Positions 54,483 to 64,000 of a DNA stretch of 64,000 nucleotides are shown one piece after another. Below the pieces are notes generated by a model, which saw only the letters and a list, made by a program, of their open reading frames with translations, did no database searches and was not told the DNA's origin. This DNA is from Acidimicrobiales bacterium. Lineage in GTDB: Bacteria; Actinomycetota; Acidimicrobiia; Acidimicrobiales; Aldehydirespiratoraceae. The first letter of the stretch is position 1. Every line of letters starts with the position of its first letter. Both the position numbers and the translations under genes were made by a program. The DNA is taken from NCBI GenBank assembly GCA_965116865.1, contig OZ220727.1, positions 173,333 to 237,332 on the forward strand. The letters run 5' to 3'.

Positions 54483-57400
54483 CCAGCCAGACGAACGAGA
54501 AGGCGTTTGAGACGACGGTGGAGTCGATGCTGGTCGATGGCGGCTGGCAGAAGGGTGATCCCGACGAGTGGGATGTGGAGCGGGCGGTGTTCCCGGCGCG
54601 TGTGGTTGCGTTCCTTCAGGCTGCTCAACCGGAGTTGTGGAGCCAGTTGGCTGCCCTGCACGGTAACCAACTGGAAGCGATGGTTGTGGACCAGTTGGCG
54701 AAGCAGCTTGACATCAAGGGAACCCTGAGAGTGCTCCGACAAGGCTTTAAGTTCCAGGGCAAGACGCTGCGGTTGGCCTTCTTCAAGCCAGCCCACGGCC
54801 TCAACCCCGACGCGGTGGCACAGTTCGACTTGAACGTCCTCACGGTGACCCGTCAGGTTCGCTGTCACCCTGGCAAGAAGGACACCATCGACATGCTGTT
54901 CGACCTCAACGGCGTGCCGGTGGCGACCTGCGAACTGAAGAACCCGATGACGGGCCAGACCTGGCGGAACGCCGTCCGGCAATACAAGGAGACACGCGAC
55001 CCCAACGCACCGGTGTTCCAGTTCTCCAGACGCGCCCTTGTGCATTTCGCGGCTGACCCCGACGAGGTGCACATGACCACCCGGCTGGCCAAGGACAAGA
55101 CCCGGTTCTTGCCGTTCAACCGGGGCAGCGCTCCCGGTGAGATCAGATGTGGGGCTGGCAACCCGGAACATCCCTCGGGTTACCGCAGCGGCTACTTCTG
55201 GCAGGAGGTGCTCGAACGCACCTGCTTCTTGGGCATTTTGGGTTCCTACGTGTTCATCGAACGCCGCGACGAGAAGGTTCACACCGAGAAGGGTTCCCGA
55301 ACCGAGAGGCGTGAGACGTTGGTGTTCCCCCGGTACCACCAACTCGACGCTGTGGACAAGCTGGTGAACACCGCCCGAGCAGAAGGGGCTGGCCACAACT
55401 ACCTGATCCAGCACTCCGCAGGCAGCGGCAAGACGAACAGCATCTCGTGGCTGTCGCATCGGCTGGCGAGCCTGCACACCGACACCAACGAGAAGGTCTT
55501 CGACTGTGTTGTGGTCATCACAGATAGGCGCGTACTCGACAAGCAGCTTCAAGACGCCATCTACCAGATCGAGCACGCCCAAGGTGTCGTCAAGAAGATC
55601 GATGAGGACTCCAAGCAGCTAGCCCAAGCTCTTGTGGACGGAACGAAGATCGTGATTACGACGTTGCAGAAGTTCCCGTTCGTGATGCCACGGCTGCTGT
55701 CCATCGCAGGGGCGTCATCCCCCGACGACCCCGGCCAGCAGGAGCAGGCACAAGCCCAGGAGTGGCATCAGGAGATCGCCGGGCGGCGCTATGCGGTGAT
55801 CGTGGACGAGGCCCATTCCAGCCAGAGTGGTGAGAGCGCCCGTGGCATGAAGGAGGTTCTGGGGGAACGTTCACGGGTGGCGGCTGAGCATCTCACCGAC
55901 TGGGAGGATGGACTGAACGCTTTCGTGGAGGCACGAGGCCCCCAGCCGAACCTGTCGTTCTTCGCGTTCACGGCCACCCCGAAGGGCAAGACCATCGAGC
56001 TGTTCGGTCGGCAAGGCTCCAGCGCCAGCCCTGAGGCGTTCCACGTCTACAGCATGAGGCAGGCCATCGAGGAGGGCTTCATCCTTGATGTGCTGCGGAA
56101 CTACACCGACTACGACACCTACTACAAGATCGCCAAACACGCTGCCGACGATCCGAAGTTCCCCCAACGGCGTGCGGCTAGAGCGCTATGCAAGTTCGCG
56201 TCGCTGCATCCCCACAACCTCAACCAGAAGACCGAAGTCATCATCGAGCACTTCCGTGCCAACGTGATGCACCGGATCGGTGGCAAGGCGAAGGCGATGG
56301 TGGTCACATCGTCACGGCTTCATGCTGTGCGCTTCATGAGGGAGTTTCAGGACTACATCAGCCAGAAGGGATACACCGACGTTCGTCCTCTGGTCGCCTT
56401 CAGCGGGACCGTCCACGATCCCGACAACGATCAGGACTACACCGAACCCGGCATGAACATCGACATCGTTAGCGGCAAGCCGATCAGCGAATCGGCGTTG
56501 CCAGCACGTTTCGACTCACCCGACTACCAGATTCTTCTGGTGGCAGAGAAGTACCAGACCGGCTTCGATCAGCCTTTGCTTCAAGCGATGTATGTCGATA
56601 AGAAACTCGATGGCGTGACCGCTGTGCAAACCTTGTCGCGCCTCAACCGGATCGCACCCGGCAAGAGCGACCCGTTCGTGTTGGATTTCGTCAACAAGCC
56701 CGACGACATCGGTGAAGCCTTCGCTCCCTACTACGACCAGACACAACTAGAAGCCCCATCAGACCCCAACCGGCTTGAAGTCCTCAAACACGAACTCGAT
56801 GAGATGCAGGTCTACCACCATGACGAAGTGGAGAGGTTCGCCAAGATCTACTTCCTGCCCTCCCACCAGAAGCGAGCCAAGAACCATCCGCTGCTCGTGA
56901 AGGAACTTCAGCCCGCTATCGGTCGGTTCAAGCAACTCAGCGACGACGACCAAGAGAAATTTCGTGATCGTCTCGGCGCGTTCGTCCGGCTCTACATGTT
57001 CATGAGCCAGATCATCCCCTACGCCGATGGTGACCTTGAACAACTGGCAGCGTTCGCTCGGGTGCTCCTACCGAACCTCGGCAACGGCCTTGACGATCAG
57101 ATTCACCTTGAAGACGATGTGGAGTTGGAATTCTACCGTCTTCAGCACGTCTCCTCGGGAGCTATCGAACTCGGAGACGGCGGAACCGTCAAGAGTCCAA
57201 CCGAAACAGGCACAGGTCGCACCGAAGAGGACGAGGCCCCGCTATCTGAGATCATCTCCAAGCTCAACGACCGGTTCGGCACTGCGTTCACCGAGACGGA
57301 CCGCCTGTTTCTGGAGCAGCTAGAGCAAGACGGCGCGAACGATGAAGAGATCAGCGAGACAGCCCTGGCGAACCCGTTCGAGAAGTTCGATCTTGTTGTA

Positions 57401-57556
57401 CGGCAGCTAATACCGAAGTTGCTGATCGACCGGATGGCAGGCAACGACGAGATCGTCAGCCGGTGCTTCAACAACCCCGACTTCCAAGAGATCGTCTACG
57501 CCGGGCTAGCCAGAGGCATCTACGAAGCTGTGCTCGCCCAACAGGAACAGCCCTAG
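54479..57556 (+). CDS. hsdR: Type I restriction enzyme, R subunit
   Basis: ATGA overlap with hsdS. Walker A QHSAGSGKT, DEAH box IVDEAHSSQ, 1025 aa. Confidence 0.9.
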   Translation: MTSQTNEKAFETTVESMLVDGGWQKGDPDEWDVERAVFPARVVAFLQAAQPELWSQLAALHGNQLEAMVVDQLAKQLDIKGTLRVLRQGFKFQGKTLRLAFFKPAHGLNPDAVAQFDLNVLTVTRQVRCHPGKKDTIDMLFDLNGVPVATCELKNPMTGQTWRNAVRQYKETRDPNAPVFQFSRRALVHFAADPDEVHMTTRLAKDKTRFLPFNRGSAPGEIRCGAGNPEHPSGYRSGYFWQEVLERTCFLGILGSYVFIERRDEKVHTEKGSRTERRETLVFPRYHQLDAVDKLVNTARAEGAGHNYLIQHSAGSGKTNSISWLSHRLASLHTDTNEKVFDCVVVITDRRVLDKQLQDAIYQIEHAQGVVKKIDEDSKQLAQALVDGTKIVITTLQKFPFVMPRLLSIAGASSPDDPGQQEQAQAQEWHQEIAGRRYAVIVDEAHSSQSGESARGMKEVLGERSRVAAEHLTDWEDGLNAFVEARGPQPNLSFFAFTATPKGKTIELFGRQGSSASPEAFHVYSMRQAIEEGFILDVLRNYTDYDTYYKIAKHAADDPKFPQRRAARALCKFASLHPHNLNQKTEVIIEHFRANVMHRIGGKAKAMVVTSSRLHAVRFMREFQDYISQKGYTDVRPLVAFSGTVHDPDNDQDYTEPGMNIDIVSGKPISESALPARFDSPDYQILLVAEKYQTGFDQPLLQAMYVDKKLDGVTAVQTLSRLNRIAPGKSDPFVLDFVNKPDDIGEAFAPYYDQTQLEAPSDPNRLEVLKHELDEMQVYHHDEVERFAKIYFLPSHQKRAKNHPLLVKELQPAIGRFKQLSDDDQEKFRDRLGAFVRLYMFMSQIIPYADGDLEQLAAFARVLLPNLGNGLDDQIHLEDDVELEFYRLQHVSSGAIELGDGGTVKSPTETGTGRTEEDEAPLSEIISKLNDRFGTAFTETDRLFLEQLEQDGANDEEISETALANPFEKFDLVVRQLIPKLLIDRMAGNDEIVSRCFNNPDFQEIVYAGLARGIYEAVLAQQEQP

Positions 57557-57585
57557 CGAGCCACTGCTTACCGAGCGGCGAATCA

Positions 57586-57798
57586 TCACGAGCCGATCAG
57601 CCTGCTCTCCCTGCTGTCAGTTCGCGTGAGGTTGTTGGCGCGTGATGCGGGCGGGCCGCCTACGGTGGTGTGGTGTCGGTGACAGTTGTAGTCGTGGATC
57701 CAGCGTCGCAGGCGGATGCGCCGTTCGGACTCGGATCTGTACCGGCGGGCGTAGAGGAACTCATCCGCGAGGGTGTGGTTGAAGCGTTCAGCTTTGCC
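57586..57798 (-). pseudogene. C-terminal fragment of an IS481/IS3-type (rve) transposase, cut by ISL3-A copy 3
   Basis: Own translation: GKAERFNHTLADEFLYARRYRSESERRIRLRRWIHDYNCHRHHTTVGGPPASR..., stop at 57586. The upstream part is replaced by the IS at 57799. Confidence 0.7.
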
Positions 57799-59199
57799 GA
57801 CTCTTCGCGTTTGAGGTCGGAGTGGAGGCGGTAGGGGTCCGCGGCTGAACGCGAGGGATCCCCCAGAATCGGCGCTTCGCGACAGCCGAGGTCTGGAGGA
57901 TCCCTGTGGAGGTTGACCCTACGCGTGTGTGAGCTGATGTTGGGGCTGGGCGACGTGGAGGTGCTGGGCGTCGACGTCGAGGCCGGTGCACCGTTGCGGG
58001 TGCATGTGCGGCTGCGGGTGCCGAGGCCGGGCTGTGTGGGCTGCGGCGGGCGGCTGTGGTCAGACGGCGACAGCCGGGTGGAGTTGGTGGACCTGCCGGC
58101 GTTCGGGCGGTCTGTGCGGCTGGTGCAGCAGGCGGCGGTGGCGTTGCGGTGACTGCGGCTGCGAGGCGGGCTCCGTGACCGAGCAGGACCCGCGGATCGC
58201 GTCCGAGCGTGAGAGGCTGACGACGCGGGCGGGGCGTTGGGCGACGCGCCAGGCCGGGCTGGGCCGCACTGTGGCGGAGGTCGCCGACGAGCTCGGGTGC
58301 AGCTGGCGCCCGGTGAGCGCCTCGGTGCGGCGCTGGGGCGAGGCGCTGCTCGAGGCCGACACTGAGCGCATTTCAGCCGTCGTCGCGCTGGGGCTCGACG
58401 AGCGCCTGATGTGGCGGCGGGGACGGTCCCGGACCAAGGTCTGGGCGACCGGCATCGTCGACGTCGGCGCAGGCCAGCTGTTGGACATAGTCCCAGGCCG
58501 CGCCGCCAAAGCACCCGCAGCGTGGCTGCTTGAGCGGCCCCGCAGCTGGCTGGCCGGCATCCGCTGGGCTGTTCTGGACCTCTCAGGCCCCTACCGCACG
58601 GCCTTCGACGAGGCGCCGCCCCACGCGGCCCAGGCCGCGGACCCGTTCCACGTCGTGCGGTTGGGCAACACCGCCCTCGACGAGGTCCGCCGCAGAGTCC
58701 ACCAGCGGACCCGCGGCCACAAACACGACCCCCTGTATCGGGCCCGCAAACTGCTGGTGTCCGCGTCCGAGAAGACCACCGACTCCGGCCGCGTCCGGCT
58801 GCGGGGCCTGCTCGACGCCGGCGACCCCCACGGCGAAGTCCGCGACGCCCGGCACCGCTGAAGAAACCCTGCGCGGCATCTACGACATCGACGACGCCGA
58901 GACCGCCGCCGCGACCGTGAACCAGCTCGCCAAGGACCTCCAAGACCCCGGCATGCCCGCAGAGATCAACCGGCTCGGCCGCACCATCGAGCGCTGGCAC
59001 ACCCAGATCGCCAACTGGCACACCGCCAAAGTCACCAATGCCGCTGCCGAAGCCGCCAACAACTTGATCAAACGCGTCAAACGCGCCGCCTTCGGGTCCA
59101 CTGACTTCGCCAACTACCGCATCCGCGCCCTGCTCTACGCCGGCAGACCCAACTGGGCGCTGCTCGACACCCTCACCCCGACCTGAAACGCGGAGAGCC
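57799..59199 (+). mobile_element. ISL3-A copy 3 (1401 bp)
   Basis: IRs GACTCTTCGCGTTTGAGGTCGGAGTGGAGG / rc GGCTCTCCGCGTTTCAGGTCGGGGTGAGGG. ORFs 57913..58152, 57986..58861 and 58530..59186 (2-nt deletion plus the shared break). Confidence 0.85.
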
Positions 59200-59216
59200 C
59201 GATAGCCTCGCCTGCC

Positions 59217-60248
59217 GTGCCTGAGGACGATTCCACAGTTGAAGAGCGGCTGGCAATCCGCCTCATCCGCGAGTTGGAGGACTTGGTTCACGTCGAACGC
59301 TTGGAGCCTCTGGGCAGCGTTCCGACACCGGACTGGCGGATTGAGATGGCTGATGGGCGGACCGCTGACGTAGAGGTCGTCTGGGACGCCAACGAGGCCG
59401 GTCGGCGGTTCGAGAGCCAACTGGCTGAAGAACACCCAGACGATGACGCTCTCGTACGGTGGTGCTCGCGCAAGGAGTGGCCTGATCCTCGGCTGTCGTT
59501 GGTGTGGGATGTGGCGGTCTACGACTACGCCCCCGAAAGCAACAGGTGTCCCGCCAAGGAACTGGTGGAGGCGCTCATTGGGGTGCTGGTGGATGTGGAG
59601 GCTCGCGGAGGAACCCCTCAGGAGATGGTGGAGGCCGTTGGCGAACGGCTGGTAGACCCCCGACGGCACTTCGATAGCCACAATTGGATCGCCGCATGGC
59701 AGAGGGAATCTTCTCGCGGCATCGGATACAAGGAGTTCTTGCTTCGTTGGGGTCAACAGACCGGCTATTGGTGCCCCCGACTGCTTGTTGACGAAAGTGA
59801 GGCACCCCCTCGCCCCATCTTCGTGTGGCGAGCCGCGGAGCCGGAGGGTTCAGCCGGTGGGATGGTACGAACCTTTCCAAGCGTGATCGAGGTGGAGTGG
59901 GGCGAGTACGAGCACATGCTGGCTACGGTGCAAGGCCGCATCAACGCCAAGACCGCTAAGCGTCAGATGGAGAACGCTCCGAGCTTCAGGTGGCTGTTCG
60001 TGGTGCTCGAACCCAACCTGGCCGCGGCGCAACTCGATGACTACTTCGGCCCCGCCTGGCTGAAACCCGACGCACCCAAACCATCCCCCTACCATGTGCT
60101 GGACACTCTCACGTTCGACTACTTCGATGAGTTGTGGATCACCGGCAGAGCATTCCATGAGAGAGCCGAAATCGTGCTGCGCCTGTTCAAGACGGGTGAC
60201 GCCCCACAGCACAAGATCGTGCGCCGTCCTGAAGTGCTTACTGGCTGA
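59217..60248 (+). CDS. hypothetical protein (possible N-terminal PD-(D/E)xK-like motif)
   Basis: 343-aa ORF, GTG start 18 nt after the IS end. TPDWRIEMADGRTADVEVVWD could be a D...(D/E)xK-like core. No family recognised. Confidence 0.55.
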   Translation: MPEDDSTVEERLAIRLIRELEDLVHVERLEPLGSVPTPDWRIEMADGRTADVEVVWDANEAGRRFESQLAEEHPDDDALVRWCSRKEWPDPRLSLVWDVAVYDYAPESNRCPAKELVEALIGVLVDVEARGGTPQEMVEAVGERLVDPRRHFDSHNWIAAWQRESSRGIGYKEFLLRWGQQTGYWCPRLLVDESEAPPRPIFVWRAAEPEGSAGGMVRTFPSVIEVEWGEYEHMLATVQGRINAKTAKRQMENAPSFRWLFVVLEPNLAAAQLDDYFGPAWLKPDAPKPSPYHVLDTLTFDYFDELWITGRAFHERAEIVLRLFKTGDAPQHKIVRRPEVLTG

Positions 60249-60489
60249 TCGCAAGTGCTGCGCTGCCGTCACACCATCGAATTAGCGTAGGTGCGGGATC
60301 ACAAACACCAAGGTCAGAGGGTTGCCCTGTGCCAGGGCTGGAACGGATTTGGCCTGATTCTGGAACGCGTTCTGGATCTGGAGCGCAAGACCATAGGTGA
60401 GAGACATGATCCGCGCTCTCGGATCTCGTGTTGATCGCACTCACGAGAACCCAACCAGAATCCGTCCCCCTTCAACCGCCATGGGCGGC

Positions 60490-60596
60490 CTAGGAGAGTG
60501 CTGATTATGTCCCCAAATCCCGATATCGCTGTCACAAAACCGCAGGTCAGAAGGTTGTGTACTGCGCGAAATCGGCATTACTCAACAGTCTCCTAG
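60490..60596. mobile_element. 107-bp MITE-like element, copy B
   Basis: CTAGGAGAGTGCTGA...TCAACAGTCTCCTAG. Differs from copy A at a few positions. Confidence 0.75.
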
Positions 60597-60649
60597 ACAG
60601 CGACCAACCCCGAGTGGCACGGTTTCGACACAGCTGATCACTTGCCTAG

Positions 60650-60857
60650 GTGGCTGGTGTTTTTCTCGGGTGGGGTTGGGTGTGTGTGGTGGAGTTGCAG
60701 GGATGTTGTTCGGTCTCGTGGGGAGGTTCGTGTCGTGACGGTGGGTGTGGAGCCGTGTCGGGTGGATCTGTTCAAGGGTTCGCATTTCGTGGGGGAGCGG
60801 CTGGCGGCGGATTCGATTTTTTCGGTGTTGGTGCGTGAGGGGCGGCGGTTGTTTCCC
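60650..60857 (+). mobile_element. 5' fragment of an IS1182-like element, cut by ISL3-A copy 4
   Basis: CTAG (60646-60649), then GTGGCTGGTGTTTTTCTCGGG..., collinear with 38531-38745 of the intact copy. Confidence 0.8.
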
Positions 60858-62257
60858 GGCTCTCCGCGTTTTAGGTCGGAGTGAGGGTGTCGAGCAGTGT
60901 CCAGTTGGGTCTGCCGGTGTAGAGCAGGGCGCGGATGCGGTAGTTGGCGAAGTCAGTGCCCGAAGGCGGCGCGTTTGGCGCGTTTGACGAGGTTGTTGGC
61001 GGCTTCGGCAGCGGCGTTGGTGACTTTGGCGGTGTGCCAGTTGGAGATCTGGGCTCTCCAGGTCCACAGGGTGCGGCCGAGCCGGTTGATCTCTGCGGGC
61101 ATGCCGGGGTCTTGGAGGTCCTTGGCGAGTTGGTTCACGGTCGCGGCGGCGGTCTCGGCGTCGTCGATGTCGTAGATGCCGCGCAGGGTTTCTTCAGCGG
61201 TGCCAGGCGTCGCGGACTTCGCCGTAGGGGTCGCCGGCGTCGAGCAGGCCCCGCAGCCGGACGCGGCCGGAGTCGGTGATCTTCTCGGACGCGGACACCA
61301 GCAGCTTGCGGGCCCGATACAGGGGGTCGTGCTTGCGGCCGCGGTGGCCGAGGGTCCGCTGCTGCACTCTGCGGCGGACCTCGTCGAGGGCGGTGTTGCC
61401 CAACCGCACGACGTGGAACGGGTCCGCGACCTGGGCCGCGTGGGGCAGCGCCTCGTCGAAGGCCGTGCGGTAGGGGCCTGAGAGGTCCAGCACCGCCCAG
61501 CGGATGCCGGCCAGCCAGCTGCGGGGCCGCTCAAGCAGCCACGCTGCGGGTGCTTTGGCGGTGCGGCCTGGGAGCTGGCCTGCGCCGACGTCGACGATGC
61601 CGGTCGCCCAGGCCTTGGTCCGGGACCGTCCCCGCCGCCACATCAGGCGCTCGTCGAGCCCCAGCGCGACGACGGCTGAAATGCGCTCAGTGTCGGCCTC
61701 GAGCAGCGCCTCGCCCCAGCGCCGCACCGAGGCGCTCACCGGGCGCCGGCTGCACCCGAGCTCGTCGGCGACCTCCGCCACAGTGCGGCCCAGCCCGGCC
61801 TGGCGCGTCGCCCAACGCCCCGCCCGCGTCGTCAGCCTCTCACGCTCGGACGCTATCCGCGGGTCCTGCTCGGTCACGGAGCCCGCCTCGCAGCCGCAGT
61901 CACCGCAACGCCACCGCCGCTTGTGCCACACCAGCCGCACAGACCGCCCGAACGCCAGCAGGTCCACCAACTCCACCCGGCTGTCGCCGTCTGACCACGA
62001 CCGCCCGCCGCAGCCCACACAGCCCGGCCTCGGCACCCGCAGCCGCACACGCACCCGCAACGGTGCACCGGCCTCGTCGACGACACCCAGCACCTCCACG
62101 TCGCCCAGCCCCAACATCAACTCGCACACACGCGTAGGGTCAACCTCCACAGGGATCCTCCAGACCTCGGCTGTCGCGAAGCGCCGATCCTGGGGGATCC
62201 CTCGCGTTCAGCCGCGGACCCCTACCGCCCCCACTCCGACCTCAAACGCGAAGCGCC
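60858..62257 (-). mobile_element. ISL3-A copy 4 (most intact copy; only the shared frame break)
   Basis: ORF 61194..62150 (318 aa, MEVDPTRVCELMLGLGDVEVLGV...CVGCGG...LVWHKRRWRC...) plus ORF 60953..61534 in the +1 frame. IRs at both ends. Confidence 0.85.
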
Positions 62258-62723
62258 CCATTAGCTCAGAATTCTGACGGATCATCGTCGCCACTGAGTC
62301 GGTTAGTCTCTGCTTTAGCTGCAGCCGGATTTCCTTCAAGGGTTCCATGACACCTTCGCGAACGCCGCGACTCCTACGATGCGAATCTGCGACAAAGCTG
62401 GCCAATCCACGCCGAAATTGGGCAGAATACTCGCGACTCGTGATCGATCTGCTAAGCTCATCAGCCTTGCGCTGTGTGATAGCTGACAGCAAGCTAGACC
62501 ACTCTTGCTCCCGTTCGGTTATCGACGCATCATTGGTGACAGAGTAGGCATCCTTGGACACCTCAACCTTATCGATAGAGTGGATCTGAACGCCTGCGTC
62601 GGGATTCTGCTTGTCGAAGACATAGATCTGCTTAGTACTGTTGCTCAAGCAGAATCCTCGCAAGTAGAACTTTGGCACGAAGTGCTTGTTTGTCGCGTCG
62701 ATCTCAAACGCTGAATCCGTCAT
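62258..62723 (-). pseudogene. DUF4238-family gene, 3'-truncated by ISL3-A copy 4
   Basis: N-terminus ...KHFVPKFYLRGF (DUF4238 signature). The frame runs into the IS end at 62257, and the tail GRFAFEVGVGAVGVRG is IS-derived. Confidence 0.65.
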
Positions 62724-62802
62724 CAGAACACTCTATTCGTGAATGGCGAGGGTCATACGATAGCGACATCTCAAAGTTGCCCACATACGGCCGGTCGAAT
62801 GG

Positions 62803-64000
62803 TCAGGATGGCATACCATGCGCCACCGGGCGCTGCGAGAGCCTGTCGCGTACTCGTGAAGGGAGAAGTCCGTAGGTCGTGAAGATGTCCTCGACATGCT
62901 CGCGGAGCGCTGCACCTCTCAGCCCGACGCTCGATGCTAGGAGGCTCTCCCAAGCGTTGCTAGCATCCGTTGCCACTTGTAGCACCGTCGAGGGATCCAC
63001 AAGATGGACTTCTGGCTCTGCAACGGTCTCCCCATCTGTATGGACCGTTGACCTAGGCGAAATGATTATCGCCACGCTCGAATCTGGTGGTGACGACTGC
63101 GCACGATCTGCCGCCAAGAGCCGCAAGTGTCCGTTAATCTGCCGGATATGTTCGTGCGAGACAGTTCCGCCTGGCTGTTGTTCGCTCTTGGCTTCGATAG
63201 CAAACCAGATTTCGTTACCGAAACACCAAGCAGAATCGCACCTTCCGGTGCCCGGCGGTTTGAAGGCGTCGGCACCGAGGAGCAGTCCGAGCTTTGTGAG
63301 AGCGGGCTCATAGAGCGAATGGTCCGTAGCATTCAGTCCCTTCAACATCTTCTTGACGGACTTACTATGCTTGTTCTTGTTGGTGCCATCACGGACATCC
63401 GCAGCCAACTTCTTCACGGCTATCGAATCGGCAGGGCTTAACTCTTCGCGACTCAGGCCAGGTAGGGGTGCCAGATCGCGAGTCCAAGTACCGGGCTTGG
63501 CAGCGGCTGCTGCCTGCTCAAGCAATGATCTGGCAGTTGTCCGCTGGGTTGGAGAGTCGGCCTCTTCGCCAGCTTGGTCTAGCCATAGACCCGACAGATA
63601 GAGCCAAAATGCCCGGTAGCCTCGTGTATGGTCGCCGTCAACTCCGAGTTTGTGGGCCACGTCTTGAGCGACGCGGCTGGCATCAGCCCATTGGCCATCA
63701 GCCGCGAAAGAGCACGCCTCAACTTCCTTGTCCGCGGTAGCGGCGAGCGACTCGGTCCCCGGTGGAGGAACCCTCGCGGCGTCCCTTCTCATGATTTGAA
63801 GGTGTGGCTCGGCATCGGTTCGCCAGGCCTTCTCTTGTTTTAGGAACACGGTCACATCCTCAAGGACATCCGCATGACTGACACCTCGACTGCTCTCGAT
63901 TCCGAACCTGACCTCCGCTTGTAGCTCCGGTTCCAAAGCCTCAAGCGTCTCCGGTCGCATCAGATAGTTCGTAAGCTCGGATCCCGACACGACCACTAGC
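62803..64000 (-). CDS. hypothetical protein, 5'-partial (frame open to the window edge), with a C-terminal PD-(D/E)xK-like motif
   Basis: The codon preceding the track start (63996) is CTA, so the frame is still open. CDSAWCFGNEIWFAIEAKSE fits D-x(n)-E-x-K. Lower GC. Upstream of the truncated DUF4238 gene. Confidence 0.55.
   Translation of the reverse strand, partial: LVVVSGSELTNYLMRPETLEALEPELQAEVRFGIESSRGVSHADVLEDVTVFLKQEKAWRTDAEPHLQIMRRDAARVPPPGTESLAATADKEVEACSFAADGQWADASRVAQDVAHKLGVDGDHTRGYRAFWLYLSGLWLDQAGEEADSPTQRTTARSLLEQAAAAAKPGTWTRDLAPLPGLSREELSPADSIAVKKLAADVRDGTNKNKHSKSVKKMLKGLNATDHSLYEPALTKLGLLLGADAFKPPGTGRCDSAWCFGNEIWFAIEAKSEQQPGGTVSHEHIRQINGHLRLLAADRAQSSPPDSSVAIIISPRSTVHTDGETVAEPEVHLVDPSTVLQVATDASNAWESLLASSVGLRGAALREHVEDIFTTYGLLPSRVRDRLSQRPVAHGMPS

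Noticed and set aside
57660-59756. 698-aa minus-strand ORF spanning ISL3-A copy 3 and its flanks
   Set aside because: It crosses an IS boundary and is antisense to the transposase. It is low complexity, and only its extreme 3' region coincides, in another frame, with the rve-transposase fragment.

Overview
High-GC, Actinomycetota-like chromosomal window with two very different parts. Positions ~3.1-18.8 kb are core genome: AAA ATPase, alpha/beta hydrolase, peptide-type ABC binding lipoprotein, acyl-CoA synthetase, an ArsC-like gene, ferredoxin plus ferredoxin reductase, rpsO-pnp, dapB, SURF1 and tRNA-Val. This stretch is peppered with perfect 33-111 bp tandem repeats that sit exactly on gene starts and stops. 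From tRNA-Val (18.8 kb) to the window end is a visibly lower-GC, heavily IS-scrambled defence island. It holds two ISL3 types (4 and 3 copies, one type-A copy lying left of the island), IS630 x2, IS30, IS256, IS3, IS5, an IS1182-like element plus fragments, and a 107-bp MITE. Its cargo is: a Dcm/Vsr module joined to an Hsp90-like GHKL ATPase and an unassigned methyltransferase-fold partner (my best candidate for an undescribed system); AbiE; two DUF4238 loci; a complete Type I R-M (hsdMSR) preceded by a low-GC three-gene cassette (TIGR04255-like, Xre/ParS-like antitoxin, unknown protein); and several orphan or IS-split genes. The left edge carries a decayed Type II R-M. Other notable points are an ArsC-family ORF with TGA exactly at the catalytic Cys codon (selenoprotein candidate or pseudogene), a +1 frameshift site shared by all four ISL3-A copies, and an RGG-rich tail on PNPase. 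All calls come from manual reading and translation. No database search was possible, and IS ends and hairpins were placed by eye.
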